A stretch of 64,000 nucleotides of DNA from Chloroflexota bacterium (GCA_021787935.1 JAJYLC010000001.1:4598-68597); one strand, 5' to 3'. Numbered from the stretch's first letter, positions 46,659 to 56,570 are shown. Numbers and translations: made by a program. Notes: generated from the letters alone by a model not told the origin.

Positions 46659-47852
46659 ATGGACAAGCAGACAGTCCGCGACATCGAGCTTAAAGGCAAG
46701 AGGGTGCTGGTCAGGGTCGATTTCAATGTACCCCTCGACCCCCAGACCAAGGCCATCAGCGATGACAGCCGCATCCGTGCCGCGCTGCCCACCATAAAAT
46801 ACCTGCTTGATAAAAAGAGCAAGGTCATCCTTTGCTCCCATCTGGGTCGTCCCAACGGCAAGATCGTCGAGGATATGCGCCTAGCCCCTGTAGCCAAGCG
46901 CCTCTCGGAACTCCTGAAGCGGCCCGTGCCCTGTACCAGGGATTGCATCGGGCCCGAGGTGGAGGAAGCGGTCTCCAAAATGAAAGAGGGCGACATCCTT
47001 ATGTTGGAGAACCTCCGTTTCCATGCTGAGGAAGAGAAGAACGACCCAGCTTTCGCCCAGGCCCTGGCTAAGCTGGCCGATGTTTATGTCAACGATGCCT
47101 TTGGCACCGCGCACCGCGCCCACGCCTCCACAGAGGGCGTAACTAAATATCTCCCTGCGGTGGCGGGCTTCCTGATGGAGAAAGAGATAGATTTTCTGAG
47201 TAAGGCTCTGACCGGAGCTGCCCATCCTTTCGCCGCCATCGTTGGCGGGGCTAAGGTAAGCGATAAGATGGCTCTCCTAGATAATATCCTGAGCAAAATA
47301 GATTATTTGCTTATCGGCGGCGGCATGTGCTGCACCTTTCTCAAGGCTCAAAACTACGGTGTGGGCAAGTCTCTGGTTGAAGATGGTAAACTAGGCGTCG
47401 CCAGGGATCTAATGAGTAAGGCCGCTGGTGCACACGTCGAAGTGGTGCTGCCCGAGGATGTTGTGGTCGCCGATAAATTTGCCACCGGCGCTCAATATAA
47501 GACGGTGCCTATCAGCGGTATACCATCGGACTGGTATGTTATGGACATCGGCCCTAACACTGTCAAGAGCTTCAGTGACAGGCTCAAAAAATGCAAAACA
47601 ACCTTCTGGAACGGCACCATGGGAGTTTTCGAGTATAAAGAGTTCAAAGCAGGCACCGAAGGCATAGCGAAGCAACTGGCAAGCCTCAAAGCTACCACCA
47701 TCACCGGCGGCGGCTCCACAGCCGAGGCTGTGATGGAACTCGGACTGGAAAAGAAGATGAGCCATGTCTCCACCGGCGGAGGAGCAGCCCTGGAATTCCT
47801 TGAGGGCAAGACCCTGCCCGGCGTAGCAGCCCTACTGGATAAGAAAAAATAA
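46659..47852 (+). CDS. pgk: phosphoglycerate kinase
   Basis: 397 aa; RVDFNVP…; GGGASLE-like C-terminal motif (TGGGAALEFLEGK). Confidence 0.9.
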   Translation: MDKQTVRDIELKGKRVLVRVDFNVPLDPQTKAISDDSRIRAALPTIKYLLDKKSKVILCSHLGRPNGKIVEDMRLAPVAKRLSELLKRPVPCTRDCIGPEVEEAVSKMKEGDILMLENLRFHAEEEKNDPAFAQALAKLADVYVNDAFGTAHRAHASTEGVTKYLPAVAGFLMEKEIDFLSKALTGAAHPFAAIVGGAKVSDKMALLDNILSKIDYLLIGGGMCCTFLKAQNYGVGKSLVEDGKLGVARDLMSKAAGAHVEVVLPEDVVVADKFATGAQYKTVPISGIPSDWYVMDIGPNTVKSFSDRLKKCKTTFWNGTMGVFEYKEFKAGTEGIAKQLASLKATTITGGGSTAEAVMELGLEKKMSHVSTGGGAALEFLEGKTLPGVAALLDKKK

Positions 47853-47863
47853 CGGAGACGACA

Positions 47864-49069
47864 ATGCTCAGCTTAGAGCAATTAAAGGAAATCACGAGGC
47901 AATCCGACTCAAAGATAGTGCTCCTGGTAATCGACGGTTTGGGGGGGTTGCCCAGGCCGGAGACCGGCAAGACCGAGCTTGAGACTGCCCATGCTCCCAA
48001 CCTGGCCGAGCTGGCGAGTAAAGGGAATTGCGGCTTGACCGAGCCGGTATCGCCGGGCATCACACCAGGCAGCGCGCCGGGACACCTCGCCCTGTTCGGG
48101 TATGACCCGGTAAGGTGCCTTGTAGGGCGTGGCATACTGGAAGCTCTGGGCATAGACTTCGACCTCAAGAAGGGCGATGTTGCCGCCAGGGGCAACTTCT
48201 GCACCGTAAATAAAAACGGGCTTATCACGGACCGCAGGGCAGGCCGAATCCCAACCGAAGAAAACGCCAGACTGTGCGAGAAGCTGAGTAAAATAAAGCT
48301 CGAAGGCACTCAACTTTTTGTAGCTCCGGTCAAGGAGCACCGATTTTTATTGGTGTTTCGCGGAGAAGGACTTACCGGCGACGCCAGCGACTCCGACCCC
48401 GAGCAGGTAGGAGTAACCCCGCTGAACGTAGTCGCGCATTCGCCGAAAGGTAAGAAGACCGCCAAGCTGGCCAATGATTTCGTAGCTCAGGCTAAAGTGG
48501 TCCTGGCCGATTCACATCCGGCCAATATGGTGCTGCTTCGCGGCTTCTCCCAGCATCCCAACCTGCCCACCATGAACGAAATCTTCAAGCTGAATCCTGC
48601 TGCCATAGCAGCTTATCCCATGTACCGCGGGCTGGCCAAGCTGGTGGGTATGAAGCTTTTAGACACAGGCAGCAGCATAGAGGAGGAGTTCGACACACTG
48701 GCTAAGCACTACGCTGAGCATGACTTCTTTTTCGTACATGTTAAGAAAACTGATTCATCAGGCGAGGACGGCAATTTCGACGCCAAGGTTCACGTGCTGG
48801 AGGAAATCGACAGATTCCTGCCCAAGATAACAAGCCTCAATCCAGATGTCCTGATAGTCACCGGAGACCATTCCACACCTGCCATGCTTAAAGGGCATAG
48901 CTGGCACCCCGTGCCTCTCGTTTTATACTCTAAATGGTGCCGCGCCGACAGTGCGAGAGAGTTTGGGGAGACGGCCTGCGCCTCCGGCGGTCTGGGAAGG
49001 TTCCCCGCTCTTGAGGTCATGCCTCTGGCAATGGCCAATGCCCTCAAGATGACTAAATTCGGCGCTTAG
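47864..49069 (+). CDS. apgM: 2,3-bisphosphoglycerate-independent phosphoglycerate mutase, archaeal type
   Basis: 401 aa; …VLLVIDGLGG…TGDHSTP… typical of the ApgM family. Confidence 0.8.
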   Translation: MLSLEQLKEITRQSDSKIVLLVIDGLGGLPRPETGKTELETAHAPNLAELASKGNCGLTEPVSPGITPGSAPGHLALFGYDPVRCLVGRGILEALGIDFDLKKGDVAARGNFCTVNKNGLITDRRAGRIPTEENARLCEKLSKIKLEGTQLFVAPVKEHRFLLVFRGEGLTGDASDSDPEQVGVTPLNVVAHSPKGKKTAKLANDFVAQAKVVLADSHPANMVLLRGFSQHPNLPTMNEIFKLNPAAIAAYPMYRGLAKLVGMKLLDTGSSIEEEFDTLAKHYAEHDFFFVHVKKTDSSGEDGNFDAKVHVLEEIDRFLPKITSLNPDVLIVTGDHSTPAMLKGHSWHPVPLVLYSKWCRADSAREFGETACASGGLGRFPALEVMPLAMANALKMTKFGA

Positions 49070-49081
49070 GAGGAATGCCAA

Positions 49082-49846
49082 ATGCGGACACCTATAATCG
49101 CTGGCAACTGGAAAATGAACACCACCATTGCCGAGGCCGCCGAGTTGGTCAAAGCCTTGAAGGAGAAACTGAACCCAATCGCAGGGGTGGAGAAGGTGCT
49201 TTGTCCTCCTTTCGTCTCACTAACCACGGTCAAAGAGTTCATCAAGGGCACCTCTATTAAACTGGGCGCGCAGAATATGTACTTCGAGCGCAGTGGCGCT
49301 TATACAGGCGAGGTGTCCCCAGCAATGCTCACCGGGCTTTGCGAGTTCGTTATCCTGGGGCACTCTGAGAGACGGGGATACTTCGGGGAAACCGACCAAC
49401 TGGTCAACAAAAAGGTTAAAGCTGCACTCGGAGTAGGGCTCACCCCCATCGTCTGCGTCGGCGAAAGCCTGGAGCAGAACAATGCCGGCGAGACCGTCGC
49501 TGTCATCACGAGGCAGGTCAAGGCAGCTTTCGATGGTATAGCTTTACCTAAAGGAACGGTTATAGCGTATGAACCCATCTGGGCTATCGGCACAGGCAAG
49601 TCAGCCAGTGGTGAACAGGCTAACGCAGTTATCAAAGTCATTCGCGACACAGTTGCCCGGATTTACGGCGACTCGGTAGCACAAACGATGCGCATCCAGT
49701 ACGGCGGCAGTGTCAGCAGTGCCAACATAGCTGAGTTCATAAAACAGCCTGAGATAGATGGTGCGCTGGTAGGAGGCGCGAGCCTCAAGGCAGCCGAATT
49801 CCTGGGCATCGTGGAGCAGACCGCCAAGATAAAGAAAACAGGATGA
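49082..49846 (+). CDS. tpiA: triose-phosphate isomerase
   Basis: 254 aa; IIAGNWKMN…GHSERR…YEPIWAIGTG. Confidence 0.9.
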   Translation: MRTPIIAGNWKMNTTIAEAAELVKALKEKLNPIAGVEKVLCPPFVSLTTVKEFIKGTSIKLGAQNMYFERSGAYTGEVSPAMLTGLCEFVILGHSERRGYFGETDQLVNKKVKAALGVGLTPIVCVGESLEQNNAGETVAVITRQVKAAFDGIALPKGTVIAYEPIWAIGTGKSASGEQANAVIKVIRDTVARIYGDSVAQTMRIQYGGSVSSANIAEFIKQPEIDGALVGGASLKAAEFLGIVEQTAKIKKTG

Positions 49847-50757
49847 GCCCTCTTGTTGCAATCGTAGGCCCAACTGCCGCAGGCAAGAGCAACCTGGCCC
49901 TCGAACTCTGCCAGACCTTCAATGGTGAGATAATCAGCGCCGACAGCCGCCAGGTCTACCGTTATATGGACATCGGCACCGCCAAGCCTACAAAAGAAGA
50001 GCAGGCTGCAGTCCTTCATTACCTCATCGATGTAGTTGACCCCGATGAGGATTTCAGCCTTGCCATGTTTCAAAGCAGGGCGCTAGAGGCAGTGCAAGAT
50101 ATTCAGCGAAGGGAGAAGACAGCGTTTCTGGTAGGCGGCAGCGGACTCTATGTATGGGCTCTTCTGGAGGGCTGGCGCATACCCTCGGTCCCGCCCGACC
50201 CTGACTTGAGAAGGGAACTCGAAGCCAAAGCCCAATCCGCAGGGGGTGGTGAAGCGCTATATGAGAAGCTTAAAGAAATCGACCCCGCCGCGGCAGAGCG
50301 CATCGACCCCAGAAATGTACGCAGGGTAATTCGGGCGCTTGAGGTCTGCCGGCAGGGTACCCAATTTTCAGAGCTTCAGGTGAAAAAGCCTTTTGTAGAT
50401 TCAGTAATTATAGGATTAACAACTGACAGGGACGACCTATATAAGAGAATAGACACTCGAGTGGATAGTATGATAGAGCAAGGCCTGGTTCAGGAAGTTG
50501 AAAACCTGGTGGCAAGAGGCTATGGACTCGGCCTGCCCTCAATGTCAGGGCTGGGCTACAGGGAAATCGGACTGTATTTGCAGGGCAAGACAGACCTGCC
50601 CACCGCTATACATCAGATAAAGTTCGATACCCATAGCTTCGCCCGTCATCAGTACAACTGGTTTCGTCTTAAAGACAAACGCATCAACTGGTTCGAAGCC
50701 GGAGGGAGCACATCCGAAGCCGTTTATCGTTTTGTGCACCAATTTGTGGTAAATTAG
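49843..50757 (+). CDS. miaA: tRNA dimethylallyltransferase
   Basis: 304 aa; P-loop IVGPTAAGKS and IPT-family pattern; 4-bp overlap with tpiA. Confidence 0.85.
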   Translation: MSPLVAIVGPTAAGKSNLALELCQTFNGEIISADSRQVYRYMDIGTAKPTKEEQAAVLHYLIDVVDPDEDFSLAMFQSRALEAVQDIQRREKTAFLVGGSGLYVWALLEGWRIPSVPPDPDLRRELEAKAQSAGGGEALYEKLKEIDPAAAERIDPRNVRRVIRALEVCRQGTQFSELQVKKPFVDSVIIGLTTDRDDLYKRIDTRVDSMIEQGLVQEVENLVARGYGLGLPSMSGLGYREIGLYLQGKTDLPTAIHQIKFDTHSFARHQYNWFRLKDKRINWFEAGGSTSEAVYRFVHQFVVN

Positions 50758-50775
50758 GTAATACATGTACACTAT

Positions 50776-50801
50776 GGGGAGTGCAGAGGGGCGAAGCCCC
50801 T
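50776..50801. repeat. GC-rich hairpin motif copy A (GGGGAGTGCAGAGGGGC-GAA-GCCCCT)
   Basis: 25-nt motif with AGGGGC/GCCCCT stem. Recurs at 52219-52244 with 3 substitutions and a different loop. Confidence 0.5.
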
Positions 50802-50874
50802 TTGCCAGGGGTTTGGGGTGTCCCCCAAGATTGGGGGATTTAGGGGGTTGATTGAGATAATCTGGAGGTAACTC

Positions 50875-51243
50875 ATGGCTAAGCTTTCCGAAGAACTCAA
50901 GACAATGATCGCGGAGATCCGTCCCGGCATAATAGCTACCGCGAGCAAGGATGGGAAACCCAACGTCTCAGCTAAGGGCTCGTTCCGGGTGCTCGACGAT
51001 GACCATGTTCTGTTCGCTGACATCAACTCGCCGCGCACCATCGCTAACTTGAAAGAAAACCCTTTCGTATCCGCACTGGTAGTGCATCCGCGCACTCTCA
51101 AGGGCTGCCGCATCTGGGGCAAGGGCGAAATAATTACCTCAGGCCCGCTGTTCGACCAACTGAGCAAAGAGTTCACCGAAAAAGGCCTAAAGGTAAACCA
51201 CGTGGTTAAAATAACGGTAGATAAAGTGCAGGAGAGTCCCTAG
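50875..51243 (+). CDS. pyridoxamine 5'-phosphate oxidase-like FMN/F420-binding split-barrel protein
   Basis: 122 aa; …IATASKDGKPNVSAKG…VLFADI… pattern of the PNPOx-like family. Confidence 0.55.
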   Translation: MAKLSEELKTMIAEIRPGIIATASKDGKPNVSAKGSFRVLDDDHVLFADINSPRTIANLKENPFVSALVVHPRTLKGCRIWGKGEIITSGPLFDQLSKEFTEKGLKVNHVVKITVDKVQESP

Positions 51244-51346
51244 TAGATTAGATGTCACCCTGAGCGTCCGCGAAGGATCTCAGACACCGTCCTGAGCAAC
51301 TCGAGGAATTCTTCGCCCCGCCCAGAATGACAAATGGAGTAGCTAG

Positions 51347-52186
51347 GTGGATTTTGTCAAATTTCAAGCCACAGGCAATGACTTCATATTGATAGACAGC
51401 CGCCGGATAAAGCGGCGAGAGTGGCCGGTGCTGGCTAAAGCCATGTGTCACCGTAATTTCGGCGTGGGCGCCGATGGAATTCTGCTGATTTCGCCTTCCA
51501 AGGTAGCTGACTTCTACATGCGCATGTTCAACCCTGACGGCTCCGAGGCGGAGGCCTGCGGCAATGGGCTGAGGTGTGCTGCCAGGTACGCTAAGGAAAA
51601 CGGATTATCGAGTGGCGCTGATATCAGGATAGAGACCGCAGCCGGTATGAAGATAGCGAGAATCAAGGGTGACAACAGCATTCAGGTAGCCATGGGCAAA
51701 CCCGAATTAAAGCCGTCCGCAATTCCTGTCATTGTGAATAGAAAAGGCGTCACCGAGGCTTCGCCTGTGATAGATTACCCGTTGACCATCGATAGAACGA
51801 AGCTAAAAATCACCTGCATCGCTATGGGCAATCCGCACGCTGTATGTTTCCTGGAGCAGCCGGTCGCTGGTTTTCCCCTGGCTGAAGTTGGCCCCAAAGT
51901 GGAGCGCCATTCCATGTTTCCCAACAGGGTGAATTTCGAGATAGTGAACGTTATCAGCCGAAAAAAGCTCGGAGCACGGGTATGGGAGCGTGGGGCAGGA
52001 GAGACGCTCTCCTGTGGCACCGGCGCATGCGCTATAGCAGTGGCGGCCCGACTCAAAAAGCTTACCGATAACCCGGTCGATATAATATTGCCAGGCGGTA
52101 CACTGGCTGTAGACTGGGGTGGCAAGGGAGAGGTGCTGCTCAGCGGGCCTGCCGAGGTGGTGTTCGAGGGAAAATGGAAAGACTAG
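51347..52186 (+). CDS. dapF: diaminopimelate epimerase
   Basis: 279 aa; MDFVKFQATGNDFILID…; catalytic Cys motifs (GNGLRC; SCGTGACA). Confidence 0.9.
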   Translation: MDFVKFQATGNDFILIDSRRIKRREWPVLAKAMCHRNFGVGADGILLISPSKVADFYMRMFNPDGSEAEACGNGLRCAARYAKENGLSSGADIRIETAAGMKIARIKGDNSIQVAMGKPELKPSAIPVIVNRKGVTEASPVIDYPLTIDRTKLKITCIAMGNPHAVCFLEQPVAGFPLAEVGPKVERHSMFPNRVNFEIVNVISRKKLGARVWERGAGETLSCGTGACAIAVAARLKKLTDNPVDIILPGGTLAVDWGGKGEVLLSGPAEVVFEGKWKD

Positions 52187-52218
52187 CCAATCTGAAACAG
52201 ATGGGCAAACCTTAACCG

Positions 52219-52244
52219 AGGGGTGTGCAGAGGGGCATAGCCCC
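52219..52244. repeat. GC-rich hairpin motif copy B (GGGGTGTGCAGAGGGGC-ATA-GCCCCT)
   Basis: See copy A at 50776-50801. Both lie in the short spacer just upstream of a plus-strand gene start. Confidence 0.5.
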
Positions 52245-52314
52245 TAGCATATTGAAGCCCCCCTTTTCTAAAGGGGGCAAGGGGGATTAGGTAGCCCCTA
52301 ATAGGAGGGAAACA

Positions 52315-53055
52315 ATGAGTTTCGTCATAGCTGTCTACGTTCCTGAAGGCATCGTCATGGCTTCGGACAGCCGCCAGTCGGTGACCATCGAGGGTAAGAA
52401 CCCCGAAGGCAATCCCTTCAAAGTTGAAACCGTCAACTCCGACGCTGTAATAAAAACATATCTCCTGGAGAAACAGCAAATTGGCGTCTCTAGCTTCGGC
52501 CAGGATTTACTCGGCGGCATACCTACAGCCAGTCACATCAAGAGATTTATCGAGGAGGAGTTGAAAGCTAGCGACGATGTGACGACCGTCCCTAAGAAGC
52601 TGGTCGAATATCTACGTAAGTCATTTCCCAATGCTGACGCCGGTTTCCATATTGCCGGCTACAGGAAAGAGGGCAAAAGCAGCATACCATATGTCTATTC
52701 CTGCCATATTGCCAAGAACGAGGTTGGGCGGAGAAACACCAAGCCCGACGGTTCGCTGGCTTATGGTGCCACCTGGTCAGGCCAGGGCGACATCCTCAGT
52801 TCTATCCTCATCCCTGTAACAATCAAGGACGAAAAAGGCAACGATAAGGTCATTCGTTCCCCTGCGCCCATTATCTGGGACGCTATGTCGCTTCAGGATG
52901 CCATAGATTTCGCCATCTACGCCATCCGAACCACTATCGACACTATGCGTTTTCAGGCGCGTCCCAAAAACGTCGGCGGCCCCATAGACGTCCTTGTTCT
53001 CACACCCGATGAGACCAAGTGGATTCAAAGAAAGGAACTTCGCGGCAGCACCTGA
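52315..53055 (+). CDS. proteasome beta-subunit-like Ntn-hydrolase (Anbu/BPH-like) with Ser at position 2
   Basis: 246 aa; N-terminal MSFVIAVYVPEGIVMASDSRQS parallels proteasome/HslV (T)TIVAV…GVVLAADSR. Stand-alone, with no PAN/ARC-type ATPase neighbour. Confidence 0.5.
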   Translation: MSFVIAVYVPEGIVMASDSRQSVTIEGKNPEGNPFKVETVNSDAVIKTYLLEKQQIGVSSFGQDLLGGIPTASHIKRFIEEELKASDDVTTVPKKLVEYLRKSFPNADAGFHIAGYRKEGKSSIPYVYSCHIAKNEVGRRNTKPDGSLAYGATWSGQGDILSSILIPVTIKDEKGNDKVIRSPAPIIWDAMSLQDAIDFAIYAIRTTIDTMRFQARPKNVGGPIDVLVLTPDETKWIQRKELRGST

Positions 53056-53266
53056 TATTGAAAATAACTGAAACGCGTTCATGCTTCGACAAGCTCAGCA
53101 CGAACGCGCCAGAAAGTAGGCTCAAGTCTCAATTCATAGATTGACTGGATAAGGCAGTAGATATTATGACAAAACAACTCCTGATTATATCTAGGGACAC
53201 TTCTGAGGGAACTTAATGACTTTTTAGGCAAAGCCCAAAAGATGAGAAGGGGGTGAATACTGAGTT

Positions 53267-53959
53267 ATGTACGGAGGAGAACAGAATGATCTTAAATATT
53301 GGCGCAAAATATTCTTTGTCGAGATTGGTGTTGGTTTACCATATCCATCGCAAGAAGAGCGCTGGAAGAAATATGGGGAACCATTGGGAAGAATCTTCTC
53401 AATGTTTTTTGAGCCTACTACTCTATTCACTTGGTTCAAGGATAAGAAATCTCAATCTATACTAGAGGGAGTGAATGCTACTTGCCTACAATCTAGATTT
53501 AGATGGAGAGAATCTCAAAATGACCTGGTGGATTTGGGATTACTTGCAATTCTAACTAGTAAAGTCAATGAATTATTTACTGGATTAGGAGCACCTTGGG
53601 CATTTGTAACGGGGGTGTTTACTCATCCAGACCCTACAAATGAGGTGTTTGCAACTCTTTCACAGACTAGTATTCCAGTAACACTTGACTCACTCATCAG
53701 TGATTATCCCCTATATCTTGTTCTACAATCTGAACCACGACAAATCTTTGCCTTCTACATCGGTGGTACAACATTATGCAGAAGACTATACCCGTTCCCA
53801 GAGCAGCAAGTGCCAGAACTAATAGCAAAGGCCAAAGAAATTCATATTTTAGATGGATTTCCCTCTCTAGAGTTCGGGCAAAAAGAAAACCCAATCGTGA
53901 CTGTTCTTTCCCAAGAGATAGGTTATGAACAGGCTAAAAAGATTCTAGAAAAGAAGTAG
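53267..53959 (+). CDS. hypothetical protein (ORFan in AT-rich segment)
   Basis: 230-aa ORF in a region of visibly lower GC (53.06-54.2 kb); no recognisable motifs. Confidence 0.4.
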   Translation: MYGGEQNDLKYWRKIFFVEIGVGLPYPSQEERWKKYGEPLGRIFSMFFEPTTLFTWFKDKKSQSILEGVNATCLQSRFRWRESQNDLVDLGLLAILTSKVNELFTGLGAPWAFVTGVFTHPDPTNEVFATLSQTSIPVTLDSLISDYPLYLVLQSEPRQIFAFYIGGTTLCRRLYPFPEQQVPELIAKAKEIHILDGFPSLEFGQKENPIVTVLSQEIGYEQAKKILEKK

Positions 53960-54215
53960 AATTATTTTGAGGCGGGAAATAGATAGTCTTTCGACTTTTG
54001 GAGCAGAAAGATCAGTTGCTCCAAAAATAGGTCAAAATTAGGACCTTTGGAACAAAGCTCTAAAGGGGGAGTTGCTTGACCAAGGTGTACGATAATTGCT
54101 CAAAGGTCAAGTTGGCAATTAGAAGCGGCGTCGCCACTCCTGTGGCAACGAATTTCTCGTCGTGACAGGAGTCACGACGCTACAAAACTAGAGATAAGAG
54201 AGGATTTAACAGCAC

Positions 54216-55388
54216 ATGCAACTAGCCAACCGCATCGACAAATTGCCACCGTATCTCTTTGTTCAGATCAGCAAAAAGATCGCCGAAAAGAAGGCCCAGG
54301 GAATAGACGTGGTCAGCTTCGGCATCGGCGACCCCGACATCCCCACCCCTCCCCATATCATCAAGCGCCTGTGCCAGGCTGCTAAAGACCCGGCAAACCA
54401 CCGTTACCCCGAGACCGAGGGGCTACCCCAGTTGAGGCAAGCCATCGTCGAATGGTACGAACGCCGCTTCAACCTGTCCTTCGACCCCAATAAAGAGGTG
54501 CTGCCTCTCATCGGCTCCAAGGAAGGTATCGGACATATCGCACTGTGCTTCATCGACCCCGGAGATATTGCCCTTGTCCCCGACCCCGGATACCCCGTCT
54601 ATTCTATAGGAACTATGTTCGCCGGCGGTGAGAGCTACTTTATGTCTCTCACTGAGAACAACAATTTCCTGCCTGACCTGGGCAGCATCCCTCCCAGGAT
54701 AGCCAAAAAGGCCAGGCTGATGTGGATAAACTACCCCAACAACCCCACCGGGGCTGTAGCCGACCTCCGTTTCTTCGAGAAGGTGGTGGCCTTCGCTAAA
54801 AAGTACGATATAGCAGTCTGCCACGATGGCCCTTACTCGGAGGTCGCCTTCGATGGCTACCGTCCGGTGAGCTTCCTCCAGGCACGCGGAGCAAGAGATA
54901 TAGGAGTGGAGTTTCATTCGCTCTCCAAGAGCTATAATATGACTGGGTGGCGGATAGGCATGGTAGTAGGCAATGAAAAGATAGTCAACGCCCTCATGCG
55001 GGTAAAGTCGAATCTCGATTCGGGGATTCCCCAGGCTATCCAGTATGCCGCCATCGAGGCCCTGCTGGGGAAGCAGGACTGTATCGCCGAGCATAACGCT
55101 ATTTATCAGCGCAGGCGCGACCTTGTAGTGAAGACGCTCAACAAGATAGGTCTCAAGGTAAAGCCGCCCAAAGCTAGCCTCTACATCTGGGCTAAAGTCC
55201 CTGATGGATATACCTCACTTGATTTCTGCGCCAGGCTGCTGGAAGAGGCCTCGGTGGTAGTCACCCCAGGCACCGGCTATGGCAAATGCGGGGAGGGCTA
55301 TGTCCGCCTGTCTTTAACCACTCCAGATTATAGAGTCAAGGAAGGGCTCGCCAGGCTAGAGAAATGGGCTGGCAAACACACTCTATAA
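54216..55388 (+). CDS. dapL: LL-diaminopimelate aminotransferase (class I aminotransferase)
   Basis: 390 aa; N-terminal [36 protein letters not shown] typical of DapL; PLP-lysine region [14 protein letters not shown]. Confidence 0.75.
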   Translation: MQLANRIDKLPPYLFVQISKKIAEKKAQGIDVVSFGIGDPDIPTPPHIIKRLCQAAKDPANHRYPETEGLPQLRQAIVEWYERRFNLSFDPNKEVLPLIGSKEGIGHIALCFIDPGDIALVPDPGYPVYSIGTMFAGGESYFMSLTENNNFLPDLGSIPPRIAKKARLMWINYPNNPTGAVADLRFFEKVVAFAKKYDIAVCHDGPYSEVAFDGYRPVSFLQARGARDIGVEFHSLSKSYNMTGWRIGMVVGNEKIVNALMRVKSNLDSGIPQAIQYAAIEALLGKQDCIAEHNAIYQRRRDLVVKTLNKIGLKVKPPKASLYIWAKVPDGYTSLDFCARLLEEASVVVTPGTGYGKCGEGYVRLSLTTPDYRVKEGLARLEKWAGKHTL

Positions 55389-55394
55389 AGACCC

Positions 55395-56570
55395 ATGTGT
55401 CTGCCCTTAACTGAGGGAGGAAATACGAAGAGGCAACCGATCTCCACCCTGCCCCCTGTAGAGAAGGCTTTCCTGGTGGGCGTCCAGGTGAGAGGAGAAA
55501 GAAATACCTGGTCACTGGAGGGCTCAGTTAAGGAATTGGGGCAACTGGCGCGCACAGCAGGTGCTGAAGTAGTTGGTACCATAACCCAGCGTCTGTCAGA
55601 GCCTAATCACTCCTATTATATGGGCAAAGGCAAGCTTGAGGAGCTGATTTCCCTCAAAGACAAGGTCGGATATAGTCTGGTCGTTTTCGATGACGAGCTA
55701 TCACCAGCGCAGCAGCGCAACCTGGAGGAAGAGCTGGGAGTCAAGGTAATAGACCGCTCCGCTTTAATCCTCGATATCTTCGCCCAGCGGGCCAAGACCC
55801 ACGAAGGCAGACTTCAGGTCGAGCTCGCCCAACAGGAGTATCTCCTGCCCCGCCTGGCGGGGCGCTGGCCTCACCTGGAACGCCTTGGCGGCGGTATCGG
55901 CACCAGAGGCCCGGGCGAGACGCAGCTTGAGAGTGACCGCCGTATCATTCAGCACAAGATTCAAAGACTCAAAGCAGAGCTAGAGTCGGTTAGAAAACAT
56001 CGAGCACTCTACCGCCATCGCCGCGACGTTCAAGGTATCCCCGTTGTGGCTATCCTAGGGTATACCAACGCCGGTAAAAGCACCCTGCTCAACGCTCTAA
56101 GCGATGCTAATGTATTAGTTGAGGATAAGCTGTTCGCCACCCTCGACCCCACCACGCGCCGCCTCACCCTGCCCGATAAAAAGCAGGTGCTCATCACGGA
56201 CACCGTGGGATTCATCCAGAAGCTCCCTCCTACTGTTGTCGCGGCTTTCAGAGCCACTCTCGAAGAGCTATCCGAAGCAGACCTGCTGCTCCATATAGTG
56301 GACATCTCCAGCGAGACCGCAGCCCAGCAATGCCATACCGTTGAGGACATCCTCAAAGACCTGGGTCTAGCTGACAAGCCAACCTTACTAGCCCTCAATA
56401 AAATCGATTTGCTCGGGGGAGAAATCGAACCCGGCGATGCCGAGGCGGTGCGAAAATATATCGACCAGCTTTGCGTCAGGGTCCAGACAGCAGCTTTCAT
56501 ATCTGCCGCCAAAGGCTGGGGGCTGAACAGAATGCTGGAACTTATTGCAAACATGCTGGACAATAGATGA
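55395..56570 (+). CDS. hflX: GTPase HflX
   Basis: HflX N-terminal domain (AFLVGVQV…) and G-domain motifs (GYTNAGKSTLLNALS; DTVGF; NKID). Confidence 0.85.
   Translation: MCLPLTEGGNTKRQPISTLPPVEKAFLVGVQVRGERNTWSLEGSVKELGQLARTAGAEVVGTITQRLSEPNHSYYMGKGKLEELISLKDKVGYSLVVFDDELSPAQQRNLEEELGVKVIDRSALILDIFAQRAKTHEGRLQVELAQQEYLLPRLAGRWPHLERLGGGIGTRGPGETQLESDRRIIQHKIQRLKAELESVRKHRALYRHRRDVQGIPVVAILGYTNAGKSTLLNALSDANVLVEDKLFATLDPTTRRLTLPDKKQVLITDTVGFIQKLPPTVVAAFRATLEELSEADLLLHIVDISSETAAQQCHTVEDILKDLGLADKPTLLALNKIDLLGGEIEPGDAEAVRKYIDQLCVRVQTAAFISAAKGWGLNRMLELIANMLDNR

Noticed and set aside
46505-46996. 163-aa minus-strand ORF
   Set aside because: Lies antisense to the cooC-like/pgk genes; no support.
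47701-48309. 202-aa minus-strand ORF
   Set aside because: Antisense to pgk/apgM; P/S/R-rich low-complexity translation; shadow ORF.
53253-53465. 70-aa ORF with a strong GGAGGA RBS before an internal ATG (53286) overlapping the start of the 230-aa ORFan
   Set aside because: It is short and out of frame with the longer ORF. It cannot be distinguished from chance in AT-rich DNA without expression data.
56030-56563. 177-aa minus-strand ORF
   Set aside because: Antisense to hflX, whose GTPase motifs are clear.
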